IMG/VR virus record: IMGVR_UViG_3300011113_000415
Length of the DNA stretch: 64,000 bases
DNA from: a virus
Taxonomy: Duplodnaviria > Caudoviricetes
Strand: one strand, 5' to 3'
Shown one piece after another: positions 1-9,564 of this stretch. Within the stretch, counting starts at the first letter, position 1. Each line of letters starts with the position of its first letter. A program made the position numbers and the translations under genes. The notes under the pieces were generated by a model. The model was not told the DNA's origin. It worked only from the letters and a program-made list of their open reading frames with translations, and made no database searches.

Positions 1-2
1 AT

Positions 3-383
3 GTACTGGACACCTACGTCAAGGCCACGTATCCAGATCTACGCAAGTGTTTGAATCTGCTTCAGCCCAACAGTCAAACTGGGCAACTGCTTGCACCCAG
101 GACCTCGGACCGCAGTATAGGGGACTGGCGTTTAGAATGTGTGGACTTGTTCAAACAAGGTCGAGTTCGTGAGGCCCGAACTCTTTTGTGTCAAAGTTCT
201 ACGCCCGAAGAATCAGAAGACATATTCATCTGGATGTACAACAACTTGGAACTATGGGGCAAAACTGAAGAACAACAAGATCAAGCCATTGTGATCATTC
301 GCGATGGTCTGGCCAAAATTCCATTGGTAGCGGATCAAGAAATCAATTTAAGTGCCACACTCTGCGAACTCAGTCGATTGTAG
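3..383 (+). CDS. Clamp loader (RFC/gp44-like) subunit, C-terminal part; gene starts before the window
   Basis: Frame is open from the window edge: VLDTYVKATYPDLRKCLNLLQ resembles the RFC sensor-2 motif (GDLRKAIN); ends in a helical collar-like segment EINLSATLCEL. Confidence 0.7.
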   Translation, partial: VLDTYVKATYPDLRKCLNLLQPNSQTGQLLAPRTSDRSIGDWRLECVDLFKQGRVREARTLLCQSSTPEESEDIFIWMYNNLELWGKTEEQQDQAIVIIRDGLAKIPLVADQEINLSATLCELSRL

Positions 384-1009
384 ATTACTTTAAAGATAGC
401 ATGATGAGACTTAGGTCCAAAGGTATTTGATTGTGTATCTATACTGTGGTCAACATGAAAACGATTATAAACTAAAAATTGTTTTGATAAGGCTTCTGGT
501 AAATCTAAATTTTCATTATCCCAATATAAAAAAATCTTATTTTTTGACGCAAGGATTCTATTTACTTGATCCACATAATCAATCAATCTAGAAATACAAA
601 AATCTTTTTCATTAAAAATCGTAACAGTTTGATCATCAATTCGACGTCTATTGGCATTGTTAACCTGTATGATAAAAATATCATTACAATTGCTGTTTGC
701 CATAATTTTTAAATTGTTTAAATTATCATGGTTTTCATAACGATAACAACCAAAACTCATGTTACAGAGATGTAAATTTAATTGAGCAGCCAATTTATAG
801 GCATAGGTCAAGGATTGGTCAAGTCCTATTCCAAAACTTATACTGCCCCCAACTACCACTAGTTTTTTAGTTGTAGAATCAAATTCATCACAACGGAATC
901 CATGTTTATTAAAACTGTAATTGATAATATTACGATTGTCTATACCAAAATTGCTCACAGTTTTTCCTGCAAGAGATTTCATGTGGGCTGGTAGTGTCCA
1001 ATTTTCCAT
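335..1009 (-). CDS. Hypothetical protein, SGNH/GDSL-like
   Basis: 224 aa ORF; YSFNKHGFRCDEF followed by VVVGGSISFG resembles SGNH block I; AT-rich. Confidence 0.45.
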   Translation of the reverse strand: MENWTLPAHMKSLAGKTVSNFGIDNRNIINYSFNKHGFRCDEFDSTTKKLVVVGGSISFGIGLDQSLTYAYKLAAQLNLHLCNMSFGCYRYENHDNLNNLKIMANSNCNDIFIIQVNNANRRRIDDQTVTIFNEKDFCISRLIDYVDQVNRILASKNKIFLYWDNENLDLPEALSKQFLVYNRFHVDHSIDTQSNTFGPKSHHAIFKVIYNRLSSQSVALKLIS

Positions 1010-1707
1010 AAAAGCAGTTCTTTTCTAATTAAAAATTTTGTCTTAGTATCTACCTCGACTCTTTTGTCAAGGAACTGTTTAAGAAATCCTTGGTTGCGAT
1101 TTTTCCAGTCAAAGTAAAGTGGGCACCACTGATCCATACGCAGTGGATTTATTTTTAAGCCTAAAAAATCAAACATTGATTCAATCATCTTGTCAAGATT
1201 TTGAAATAGATCTTGGTAATACAACAGTTGATAGCCTTGGAAATTTTCTGGTATTTTATAGTAATCTACGAAGATTTCAGCATGTTCTAACAGTATCTGG
1301 CGTGTGGCATCTGTTCCAAATACATGATAAAGATTTTCAATCTTTTTTACAAATTCATTTTTTTTGTTTATTGTACAGAATCTTGCCAAAAGTTCTTGGT
1401 TGGAATTTCCTGCCTGGAAAATAATTTTTTTACAAGTGTATCTGGTCAAATAATCAATGTCATATTGATGACTGGGAGTGATATAAATTACAGACTGTTC
1501 ATTTGCATTTTCAAGTTGACGTAAATCTTTTGAATATCTGATATGATCTTTCTCAAATCCATGAGCGGTAGGTCCGATTAATGGATTTATATCAACTGGC
1601 ACCACAAGATTGTTTAAAGTTTTGTATGAGGCGGCTCCAGTCAAATAAGTAATAGACCAATTTAAAAAAGTAAAACCACAGCCACCAGGACCAATAGTCA
1701 AGATCAT
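979..1707 (-). CDS. Sulfotransferase-like P-loop protein
   Basis: N-terminal beta-strand plus Gly-rich loop ILTIGPGGCGFTFL; C-terminal LLYYQDLF...MFDFLGL resembles the sulfotransferase 'yEdl...i..fLg' segment. Confidence 0.45.
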   Translation of the reverse strand: MILTIGPGGCGFTFLNWSITYLTGAASYKTLNNLVVPVDINPLIGPTAHGFEKDHIRYSKDLRQLENANEQSVIYITPSHQYDIDYLTRYTCKKIIFQAGNSNQELLARFCTINKKNEFVKKIENLYHVFGTDATRQILLEHAEIFVDYYKIPENFQGYQLLYYQDLFQNLDKMIESMFDFLGLKINPLRMDQWCPLYFDWKNRNQGFLKQFLDKRVEVDTKTKFLIRKELLLWKIGHYQPT

Positions 1708-1718
1708 AAGGAAAATAA

Positions 1719-2027
1719 ATGCGTTATTTGTTACTTACCTACTATAAAAAACCCTCAGGACAAATCGACGAGATAACCGCGGTTGCTCGAAATCTCAAAA
1801 ACCGAGATCTTCAAACCTGTAATGTAATACTTGACTTCAAAACCCTTTCTGTAGTAAAATGTAGCATGGATGGCACGGTGGTTCCAAGAAATTGGGATCG
1901 TATTGTGAGTTACTATAACCAATATTACCAAAACATTATTGAACGATTACTACAAGAGAACGGATACGAAATTGTCAAACCCGAAGAAACCCCAGAAATA
2001 CAACCCCAAGCAGTTGATCCTAGTTGA
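1719..2027 (+). CDS. Hypothetical protein
   Basis: 102 aa ATG ORF with AAGGA SD upstream. Confidence 0.6.
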   Translation: MRYLLLTYYKKPSGQIDEITAVARNLKNRDLQTCNVILDFKTLSVVKCSMDGTVVPRNWDRIVSYYNQYYQNIIERLLQENGYEIVKPEETPEIQPQAVDPS

Positions 2028-2595
2028 CGCAGATGGTGTGATTTTGGATTGGGAATATGCGTTCTCGGTTTGGATGGAAGAACATGGCTTTACAAGAACT
2101 GAAGGCAGTCAGTTCATATATGATATAGGCCTACGCTACGGAATTGAACAAGAGCAAGGTCGTAAATTGATTAAGATTTTCAATGAGTCGGCAGCGATTG
2201 GATTCTTGCCACCCTTGCGTGATGCCATGTACTATGTAAAACGACTACATGAAGAACATGGCTATATGTTTCATTGTATTACTAGTCTAAGTCTTGATGC
2301 TAATGCAGGCAAATTGAGAGAAATGAATCTACGTAAGTTATTTGGAAAAACTGCATTTGAAAAAATTGTGTGCTTAGATACCGGTGCAGACAAGAATGAT
2401 GCATTGTGCGAGTATCAAAACTCAGGTTGCTATTGGATTGAAGACAAACCAGAAAATGCTGAAGTTGGACTAGATCTAGGTTTACGTAGCATCCTAATGG
2501 AGCATGGGCATAATATGAATCATGTCAATGAACAAATTCCGGTTGTCAAAAATTGGCGTGAAATCTACGAAATCGTCACCTCTCAATCTGCATAA
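1939..2595 (+). CDS. HAD-superfamily phosphatase (5'-nucleotidase-like); start uncertain
   Basis: Motif I ILVDADGV, motif II ITS, motif III K (DK), motif IV WIEDKPEN. Confidence 0.75.
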   Translation: MNDYYKRTDTKLSNPKKPQKYNPKQLILVDADGVILDWEYAFSVWMEEHGFTRTEGSQFIYDIGLRYGIEQEQGRKLIKIFNESAAIGFLPPLRDAMYYVKRLHEEHGYMFHCITSLSLDANAGKLREMNLRKLFGKTAFEKIVCLDTGADKNDALCEYQNSGCYWIEDKPENAEVGLDLGLRSILMEHGHNMNHVNEQIPVVKNWREIYEIVTSQSA

Positions 2596-3317
2596 AGTTT
2601 CAGCACTGAGCCAATTATGGGATGACGCTGGATATCACGACCAGTCATCCTGCACACTATCATGCCCGGCACAGGCTGGACTTCCAATCTAGAGCACAGA
2701 TCCAACAGGCCATTTGCGTCCTGCCGTCGATCTGCTTGTTCCACATCTCCAGTGACCACAATTCTACTGCCGGTGCCTATGCGGCTCAACAGCATTTTCA
2801 TTTGTGCAGGAGTGGCGTTTTGCATTTCATCTGCAATGATCCAGGCATGCTTGAACGTGCGTCCACGCATGTAGGCCAAAGGTGAAATTTCAACAGTGCC
2901 TTCTTCGATCATGGCCATGATCTCTGGGGGTCGGTAATATTCGCGTAGCACATCCAGCAGGGGTCTTGTCCAGGGTTCCATTTTGGCCACTAGATTGCCG
3001 GGCAAAAAGCCATGTTGTTCATCCTCCACGCCAATGGCTGGACGAGTTAGAACTATACGCTTGGCTTCGCCGCTTCTTAATGCACGGACCGCTGCCAGCA
3101 TGGCCAAATAGGTTTTACCAGTTCCTGCTGGCCCTGCTGTGATAATGATGTGTTGGTCTAGGTCGAGTAGAGCCAGTACAAGATGTTCTTGATTGCGTGT
3201 TTTGGGCAATAATTCTATGGGTCGTTGTCGCGTTCGGGGTTGCGGATTGAACTGAATTAAGTTTTCTTGGACTGTTTGCATACGTTTTTGCGCCTTGGCG
3301 CCTCGGTTTCTACTCAA
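2583..3317 (-). CDS. phoH: PhoH-like ATPase
   Basis: GPAGTGKT Walker A, RIVLTRP, GFLPG, YMRGRTF, DEMQN, GDVEQAD, RHP; TTG start at 3317 behind GGAGA SD. Confidence 0.92.
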   Translation of the reverse strand: MSRNRGAKAQKRMQTVQENLIQFNPQPRTRQRPIELLPKTRNQEHLVLALLDLDQHIIITAGPAGTGKTYLAMLAAVRALRSGEAKRIVLTRPAIGVEDEQHGFLPGNLVAKMEPWTRPLLDVLREYYRPPEIMAMIEEGTVEISPLAYMRGRTFKHAWIIADEMQNATPAQMKMLLSRIGTGSRIVVTGDVEQADRRQDANGLLDLCSRLEVQPVPGMIVCRMTGRDIQRHPIIGSVLKLYAD

Positions 3318-3358
3318 GTGCGATTCTCCTTTAAACACAGCCTGTTGGACTGTGTGAA

Positions 3359-3364
3359 TATTTA
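3359..3364 (-). promoter_or_regulatory. Putative late promoter -10 motif (TAAATA) for phoH
   Basis: TATTTA on + strand about 40 nt upstream of the phoH start; same motif precedes many late genes. Confidence 0.45.
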
Positions 3365-3469
3365 GGTTAGTTTAAAGCAAGTTTTATAGGCACGAATGTC
3401 CAAGATCTCAGGCATAAGTATTCCACTGTGCTCCAAAAAAACAAACACACCCCTAAAATATCTTTGCCA

Positions 3470-3475
3470 TAAATA
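3470..3475 (+). promoter_or_regulatory. Putative late promoter motif TAAATA
   Basis: CATAAATATC just upstream of ATG 3481; resembles T4 late TATAAATA. Confidence 0.5.
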
Positions 3476-3480
3476 TCAAT

Positions 3481-4089
3481 ATGACACTCCACGACGAAGC
3501 AATTTTTAAAGATCATACGGATTATTGGATGGTAGCAGACACCATTCGTGACATTTACTTGAGTGAGGGCAGTTTGCTTACACTGTTGGATTTTGAGCGT
3601 GTGCTGGACGAAATGGATCTGTATGCGTTCAAAAACTGGGACCGTGGCGAACTGGTACAAGGTCCTGACATTGGCAAATACAAAGTGGGCTGTATATTCA
3701 TGTGGCCCGAATCACTCATGCCCGATCCCCGTGGCGCCCGACGTTTGCTGCCATTTGACTGCGAAGTGAGATTCAAAAAAACCACTATCAAAATACCCAT
3801 CAAAGTTGAAAAACCGTCAGACTATCAAGCAGGCACCCACACAGCACGTCTAGTGGACAAGCACGTATGGCTAGTGGAAATAGTCATGCCCAAGAGTTTA
3901 ATTTCAGACATCCGCACAGGAAGTATAGAACTGGAAGATCAAGACATTGACCTAGAAGATTTGGACTCAGCCTATCAAGAAGATCTTGACAATGAACAGT
4001 ATCAAAGTGACGCCAGTGCTGATCAAGCACAGCAGTCATTACAACAACCAGGAGCACCAATTGCAGCCGCACCGCCAGTCGCTTCTTGA
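3481..4089 (+). CDS. Conserved-looking hypothetical protein with acidic C-terminus
   Basis: 202 aa ORF after a TAAATA motif. Confidence 0.7.
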   Translation: MTLHDEAIFKDHTDYWMVADTIRDIYLSEGSLLTLLDFERVLDEMDLYAFKNWDRGELVQGPDIGKYKVGCIFMWPESLMPDPRGARRLLPFDCEVRFKKTTIKIPIKVEKPSDYQAGTHTARLVDKHVWLVEIVMPKSLISDIRTGSIELEDQDIDLEDLDSAYQEDLDNEQYQSDASADQAQQSLQQPGAPIAAAPPVAS

Positions 4090-4609
4090 AGGTCTTGGCT
4101 ACAAAGACCTAGAGGGCATGCTAAAGCCCACTATTCACGTGGACGAATTTGATAGTAAAATGGGTGACAATGATGACATCATTGTCGTAAGTTTCTTTGC
4201 CCGTGATAAGGCCGCAGCCAAGGATCTAATGAATTGGTTTGAAAAAGGCTATGACTTTGTGCTGGATGCTGATCAAAGCCCAGGCGAAATCAAACCCAAC
4301 CGATATCTAGTGTATGTGGAAATGCGACGTCGCAGAGCCGCTCCTGAACAGATTGCGGAATTACTAGAAGACCTGGGCACACTCACAGAGTTTGATCCTG
4401 AGGAATGGACCATGGTTTATCGGGAAAAGAGTCATGACTGGAGTCCTGAACTGTTTGCTCGACTGGTGCCACTGAGCCCACGAGAGTATCGTGAGCGCAC
4501 AGAACGAGACTTGAATGAATGGCGTGTGGCAGCCGGCATGCCGGTCAAGACCACATACGAAGCAGATGATGCTATTCGCTCAATACAATCAGCGGCAGGT
4601 ATCCTATGA
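4061..4609 (+). CDS. Hypothetical protein with short ..LLE leader
   Basis: AGGAG SD at 4050 and TTG at 4061 in frame with track ORF 3986; MQPHRQSLLE/GLGYKDLEG. Confidence 0.65.
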   Translation: MQPHRQSLLEGLGYKDLEGMLKPTIHVDEFDSKMGDNDDIIVVSFFARDKAAAKDLMNWFEKGYDFVLDADQSPGEIKPNRYLVYVEMRRRRAAPEQIAELLEDLGTLTEFDPEEWTMVYREKSHDWSPELFARLVPLSPREYRERTERDLNEWRVAAGMPVKTTYEADDAIRSIQSAAGIL

Positions 4610-6621
4610 AAATACGTGACGTACTATTAGAATTCGCGCCTGGTGGTGGCGGTGACTCAGGTGATTACTTACGAGCCTTGGCTAGTGCCTGGTACAACGG
4701 CACATTTGATTCTGGTAGCCTGCAAAAAGGCATCAAGAGTCAACAAGATGTAGAACGCTTGTTGAATCGCGGCATTGTGTGTCCCGATGGTAAAACACGC
4801 AAACTACACATTGATTACAACTCAGACTTTGATGGTGTGGAAATCTACAGTGATGACTACTATGAACACGGTGACCTAGATGGCAATGACGGTCGCACAG
4901 GACAGCCCTGGGGACCATATGACCACATGGAGTTCAAAGACGAAGAACTAGACGAAGGTGTGGCGGAGGATACAGGTGATCAAAAGTTTGACTCAATGAT
5001 GAGCAGAATGACTGCCGAGCCAAAATATCCTGATCAGGACATGCCACCAACTAGTATTGCTGAATTGATACAATGGGCAGATAGGAACAATAAACCGTAC
5101 CATGAGTATTTTGCTCAATGGGCTAGAAGAAATGGATTTAAAAATGTAAATGATGCACTGGTATGGTTTGGTGACAATGTTGATCCATCTAATCCATGGG
5201 GACCAAAAGACTTTTTAGATCCTTTTGGCCGGCCCGCGGCAGAAGAACTAGAAGATGCTGCCAAGCACGATCCCAAGGCAGCAGAACTAATGAAGGTTTT
5301 TAGATGCTATGAAGAAATTGTATTTGATTGGCCCGATGAGTATCGTCAGATGAATATGCCAGCCTCAAGAAAAGGAACAGATGAAGGTGTGACGGAAGGC
5401 TTAGATCCTTACCGACTGGAACGCCTAGATCCACAGACACGCAGAGTGCTGACTCGCATGACCAAACACGCCGAACCCGGATCATGGCTCAGTGCCGCGG
5501 AGTCATATGCTATGCAACTGGGCCTAGAACAAAAAAATGAGAATCCACGAGCCTGGGAGCAAGAAGTTCAGTATTTTGTCGACCTTTACCGTCAATACAG
5601 TGGGCAAGGCGTGGCGGAAGGCTCCTTGAACGAATTTGCACCCGATAGCAACGACAGTGGTGAAGAAGATGCCTTACACCAGTACGCCAGAATGTGGTGG
5701 GCCGGAGATGAAGCCACACAAATGCAAATTGAACGTGCTCTAGCAAAAATGGGCTGGGAAATTGGTGAGGACGAAGGCAGTTACGACAACGGCGGTGTGT
5801 TTGTGGTACGTGCTGGCGACGTCAACGGCAATAGTTACATTTCATGGCCCGCAGAAGAACTAACAGAAGGCTCGGATCCCTGGGGTTCCCAAGGACGCTA
5901 CGTAGGCGACACAGGACCTGCACAAATATCTACCGCAGTCAAGAGAACCTCATTGAAACCAGGTGATCAAGTCATATACAAACCCACTGAACAACGTGCT
6001 CGTATAGAATCCCTGAGCCGAGACAGCACTCAAGCACGAATTCACATAGCAACTCCCATGGGTGGCCGGATTTTTAACTGCCAAACATCTGACCTAAAAC
6101 AACTGGCCAACGAGACTGAAATTGACCGACTGAAAAATCTTGCTGGTATCAAAGAAAGTCATGACCTTTGCAATGTTTGCGGACAAACACCTTGCAACTG
6201 CACACATTTGTCAGAAGAGTTTGATTTGATAGAATCAATTGTGGAGAAGATTGCTGTCCACAACGGAGTGGACGCAGACATGATCTGGGAAGATTTAGAA
6301 AGTCTCAGCGATGATGAATTGTATGTGTTTGCTGTGACCAGCGAACCCATAATGGAAGACTGGCAAAAGGTCAACAAACAGGATCGTACCTCGGGCATGA
6401 GTCGCAAGGCTGTAAAAGCCTATCGCAGAGAGCATCCAGGATCAAAACTAAAAACTGCTGTGACCACCAAGCCTTCAAAACTCAAGCGTGGTTCGAAGGC
6501 CAGCAAGCGACGCAAAAGTTATTGCAGTCGCAGTCGTGGACAAATGAAAATGCACAACATATCTTGTGCCAAAACTCCTGACAAGGCCATTTGCAAGGCC
6601 CGACGTCGTTGGAACTGTTGA
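4606..6621 (+). CDS. Modular cassette polyprotein (putative virion internal/cargo protein)
   Basis: Leader MKIRDVLLE; three GV[AT]E linkers; duplicated EFAP...W..G module; SH3/KOW-like segment; basic Cys-containing tail. Confidence 0.75.
   Translation: MKIRDVLLEFAPGGGGDSGDYLRALASAWYNGTFDSGSLQKGIKSQQDVERLLNRGIVCPDGKTRKLHIDYNSDFDGVEIYSDDYYEHGDLDGNDGRTGQPWGPYDHMEFKDEELDEGVAEDTGDQKFDSMMSRMTAEPKYPDQDMPPTSIAELIQWADRNNKPYHEYFAQWARRNGFKNVNDALVWFGDNVDPSNPWGPKDFLDPFGRPAAEELEDAAKHDPKAAELMKVFRCYEEIVFDWPDEYRQMNMPASRKGTDEGVTEGLDPYRLERLDPQTRRVLTRMTKHAEPGSWLSAAESYAMQLGLEQKNENPRAWEQEVQYFVDLYRQYSGQGVAEGSLNEFAPDSNDSGEEDALHQYARMWWAGDEATQMQIERALAKMGWEIGEDEGSYDNGGVFVVRAGDVNGNSYISWPAEELTEGSDPWGSQGRYVGDTGPAQISTAVKRTSLKPGDQVIYKPTEQRARIESLSRDSTQARIHIATPMGGRIFNCQTSDLKQLANETEIDRLKNLAGIKESHDLCNVCGQTPCNCTHLSEEFDLIESIVEKIAVHNGVDADMIWEDLESLSDDELYVFAVTSEPIMEDWQKVNKQDRTSGMSRKAVKAYRREHPGSKLKTAVTTKPSKLKRGSKASKRRKSYCSRSRGQMKMHNISCAKTPDKAICKARRRWNC
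4954..4968 (+). repeat. GVAE linker repeat
   Basis: gaaggtgtggcggag = EGVAE. Confidence 0.85.
5383..5400 (+). repeat. GVTE linker repeat
   Basis: gaaggtgtgacggaaggc = EGVTEG. Confidence 0.85.
5605..5622 (+). repeat. GVAE linker repeat
   Basis: caaggcgtggcggaaggc = QGVAEG, followed by SLNE. Confidence 0.85.
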
Positions 6622-6623
6622 CC

Positions 6624-7052
6624 ATGAGACAGTTGATCAATCTAGTAGAAGCAGTGGAAAAGGGCTGTCCCGTTGCCACACACGATATCACACTGAATCT
6701 CAAGAATCGACAAAAGGCCATTGACGACTATCACTACGGCCCAGCCAATCCTTTAGAACCCGGAGACTATTGGAAGCAGGCCGCCCGTCGTTGGCACGTA
6801 AGTGAAAAAATTATAAAAACAATGAAATGTGGAAATTGCGCGGCTTTTGATGCCAGTGACAGCATGCGTGAGTGTATTTCGGCGGGCATTAAAGGTGATG
6901 ACAAGAACATTGATTCAGCGGCTACTATAAATCTCAGTGACCTTGGCTATTGTAATTTTTTACACTTTAAATGTGCAGGTTCAAGATCTTGTTCGGCTTT
7001 TGTAGTTGGTGGACCTATCACTGAAAAAGATAAAGGTAAAAAGGCCAACTAA
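6624..7052 (+). CDS. Cys-rich hypothetical protein (HiPIP-like Cys spacing)
   Basis: ATG 6624 MRQLINLVE; CGNC...YC...C....C pattern. Confidence 0.6.
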   Translation: MRQLINLVEAVEKGCPVATHDITLNLKNRQKAIDDYHYGPANPLEPGDYWKQAARRWHVSEKIIKTMKCGNCAAFDASDSMRECISAGIKGDDKNIDSAATINLSDLGYCNFLHFKCAGSRSCSAFVVGGPITEKDKGKKAN

Positions 7053-7808
7053 ATGATTGCTAGAGACATTGTGGAATCTAGTGGCTACAGTTTGGCAGGC
7101 AGTTACACGCCTGATCTAGTGTTCAGCAAACTGTGGCTGGCCCGTGAATTAAAACACATATTGCAACAACAGGGTATTGATTCAGTACCAGTTGCTTATA
7201 TTTTGGGTTCATGGTACAGCAATCTCAGCACAATTCTACGCAAGACAGGTGTGCCCTTAGACAAAATTGTGGATGTAGAGCGCCGGAAGGAATGGTTAAA
7301 GACAGGCCAGCAATTACAACAAGACATGAACATCACAGGTGTAGAACAAATGCAGGCCGATGCTAACGAAATAGATTATAGACAACTTCAACAGCCCGGC
7401 ATAGTAATCAATACTTCAACCAATGATATTCCTGATCACGGATGGTTTGATAATATACCGTCTGGCACCATTGTGGCACTACAAGGACGTGATCATGTGC
7501 TACCCGGTGCTGAACACACATATAATTCGCCCAACGATCTATTACAAATGTATCCCTTGGAAACTGTGCTGTATTCAGGCACCTGGAACCTAGAAGATCC
7601 AGAAACTGAGTATCAGCGTAGCATGGCAATAGGTATCAAGGGTGCAAATCAATTGCGAGAACTACAGTTCCTGGGTTCAACCTGCACCAAGGACTGCTCG
7701 GGGCATCGTGCTGGCTACAACTGGTCCAAGCGCAAAGGCCTAGTTCACGCCGCATCCTGGAGTCCCAGTTTCAACAAAGGTGCCGCCTTGGCAGTGGCCG
7801 GCAAGTAA
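7053..7808 (+). CDS. Methyltransferase-like protein with leader and basic Cys tail
   Basis: MIARDIVES leader; ILGSWYSNL / DVE / QADANEIDY / INTSTNDI resemble a Rossmann SAM fold; tail after LRE: CTKDCSGHRAGYNW. Confidence 0.55.
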   Translation: MIARDIVESSGYSLAGSYTPDLVFSKLWLARELKHILQQQGIDSVPVAYILGSWYSNLSTILRKTGVPLDKIVDVERRKEWLKTGQQLQQDMNITGVEQMQADANEIDYRQLQQPGIVINTSTNDIPDHGWFDNIPSGTIVALQGRDHVLPGAEHTYNSPNDLLQMYPLETVLYSGTWNLEDPETEYQRSMAIGIKGANQLRELQFLGSTCTKDCSGHRAGYNWSKRKGLVHAASWSPSFNKGAALAVAGK

Positions 7809-8534
7809 TCACAGTCGGGTGTAAACAAAATACAATCTTTCATTGGCTTCACGTTTAAATGTATTCAATTGTAATTTATATCGTTCAGCAAATTCATTTG
7901 CTACTTCAAATGTCCAAGGAAAAATATCCACGTACGGTCCAGTTCTGTGCGGAATACCTGGATTGGCTCGTAGATAAAAGCGCCCACCTACCCGAAGCAA
8001 ATTTACACAGTGAGCAAAACGTTGTTCTATTTCATCTCGTGAATTAAAGTTGATTGAGCCCAAGGCCATGATTACATCGTACTGGTGGTTTACTCTATAT
8101 TCCAAAATATCAACTTCATAATCTGCGCAGTTATTGTACGGGTCAATTCCTACCAAATTCTGTATGCGTCCTTTGAAAGGATGATAGCCACAGCCCACGT
8201 CCAACACCCGTTCAGGATTTAATCGATTGATTTCATCCGCCAATTCCCAACCAGTGTGTTCATAGTCGCCAGTGCGCGGCTTCCATATTTCTGAAAAGAA
8301 ACGCAAGATATAGCGTTCACTCAGATCATCGGTGATTTCTCGTAATGTACCCACATAATCACAGGGCAAACTGAGTTCTGCGTCTATAGCGTCTCGGAAC
8401 TTTCTATAACGTGCCGGAGTCCAAGGTAAGTCTTGTACCTGGGTATCAGCGCCGATAGAAATATTTGCATACTTAGGTAAATTAAACGCAGATTGCAAAT
8501 TTTTTTGTAAAAGGTTAAAAATTTTTAAATTCAT
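7809..8534 (-). CDS. Class I SAM-dependent methyltransferase
   Basis: VLDVGCG motif I, VGIDP, YDVIMALGSINF, LRVGG. Confidence 0.75.
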   Translation of the reverse strand: MNLKIFNLLQKNLQSAFNLPKYANISIGADTQVQDLPWTPARYRKFRDAIDAELSLPCDYVGTLREITDDLSERYILRFFSEIWKPRTGDYEHTGWELADEINRLNPERVLDVGCGYHPFKGRIQNLVGIDPYNNCADYEVDILEYRVNHQYDVIMALGSINFNSRDEIEQRFAHCVNLLRVGGRFYLRANPGIPHRTGPYVDIFPWTFEVANEFAERYKLQLNTFKREANERLYFVYTRL

Positions 8535-8546
8535 AGAAATTTTTGG

Positions 8547-8576
8547 TAAATAAAGTTGATTTTCAAATACTATTTA
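8547..8576. promoter_or_regulatory. Divergent putative late promoters
   Basis: TAAATA at 8547-8552 (+) and TATTTA at 8571-8576 (TAAATA on -) between divergent genes. Confidence 0.45.
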
Positions 8577-8586
8577 AGGAGTTTCT

Positions 8587-9564
8587 ATGTCAATCAAAAA
8601 ATTTATAATCGCCGCACTACTAGTGCCTGTACTGGCTTTTGCCTGGGAGCCTGTCAAGCCAGTCACAGTTATTATTGGCAACACACCCGGCGCTGGAAAT
8701 GAAATGGCCTTTAGAAAACTGGCCGAAATTGTACAAAAGCGAAATCCCAACTTTGTTTATGTTGTGCAAAACATTCCTGGTGCAGATTCAGTTATTGCCA
8801 ACAATAAATTTTTGGAAGCGCCCAATGACGGATATACTATCAACTTGCCCAGCCACATGAGCAGTTATGTCACAAATGATATCTGGGAAAAGAATTTAAA
8901 GAAGTACAATTATGACAGTTTTGTAGACGTGCTGACCATGGGCAAAAGTCCACTGGTCTTGGTTGCATCAGTAAAGAGTGGAATTGAAACCCCACAAGAC
9001 TTTGTGAAGTATATACAATCTGGAAGAAACATCAATATAGCCATTGGTGGTGGCGCACATCGCACAGCATTTGAATATTTGATGGAAAAAGGCCGGGGCA
9101 ATCGAGACGCTGTTCGTTCGATCAAATTCAATGGTCCTGTGCCTGCGCTACAAAGTGTTGGACAGTGGGATGGACGAACTGGAACTGAATTTGGTATCAT
9201 GCCTATCGCTGTGGCCAAAGCATTGATTGATGCAGGCAAAGTAAAACCCATTGGATTTACAGGCACTAGGAAAATGGCACAATTCCCAAATGTACCGCTA
9301 TTAAACACAGTTGCTCCGGGCATCAATGTGTATGCGGCTTGGTCAATCGAATTGCCGCCAGGAACTAACAAGGACATTGTAGAATGGTATCAACGTGAAT
9401 TTTCAACTGCAATTCGTTCAGCCGAATATAGAGAATACACAGATGCCAATGTTATATTCTACTCTGAAGATGAACTCACACCAGCAGGTCTTAAAAAGCA
9501 CATGGATGAATTACGTGCGTCATTTATTCCTGTGCTGAGTCGAATTGATTTAAGTAAAGAATGA
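8587..9564 (+). CDS. Tripartite tricarboxylate transporter substrate-binding protein (TctC/Bug family)
   Basis: Signal peptide; KPVTVIIGNTPGAGNE, VVQNIPGADSVIA, APNDGYTI, FPNVP, PPGT matching TctC hallmarks (P..PGG..D, VENkPGA, PDGYT, PDVPT, P.GTP). Confidence 0.85.
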   Translation: MSIKKFIIAALLVPVLAFAWEPVKPVTVIIGNTPGAGNEMAFRKLAEIVQKRNPNFVYVVQNIPGADSVIANNKFLEAPNDGYTINLPSHMSSYVTNDIWEKNLKKYNYDSFVDVLTMGKSPLVLVASVKSGIETPQDFVKYIQSGRNINIAIGGGAHRTAFEYLMEKGRGNRDAVRSIKFNGPVPALQSVGQWDGRTGTEFGIMPIAVAKALIDAGKVKPIGFTGTRKMAQFPNVPLLNTVAPGINVYAAWSIELPPGTNKDIVEWYQREFSTAIRSAEYREYTDANVIFYSEDELTPAGLKKHMDELRASFIPVLSRIDLSKE

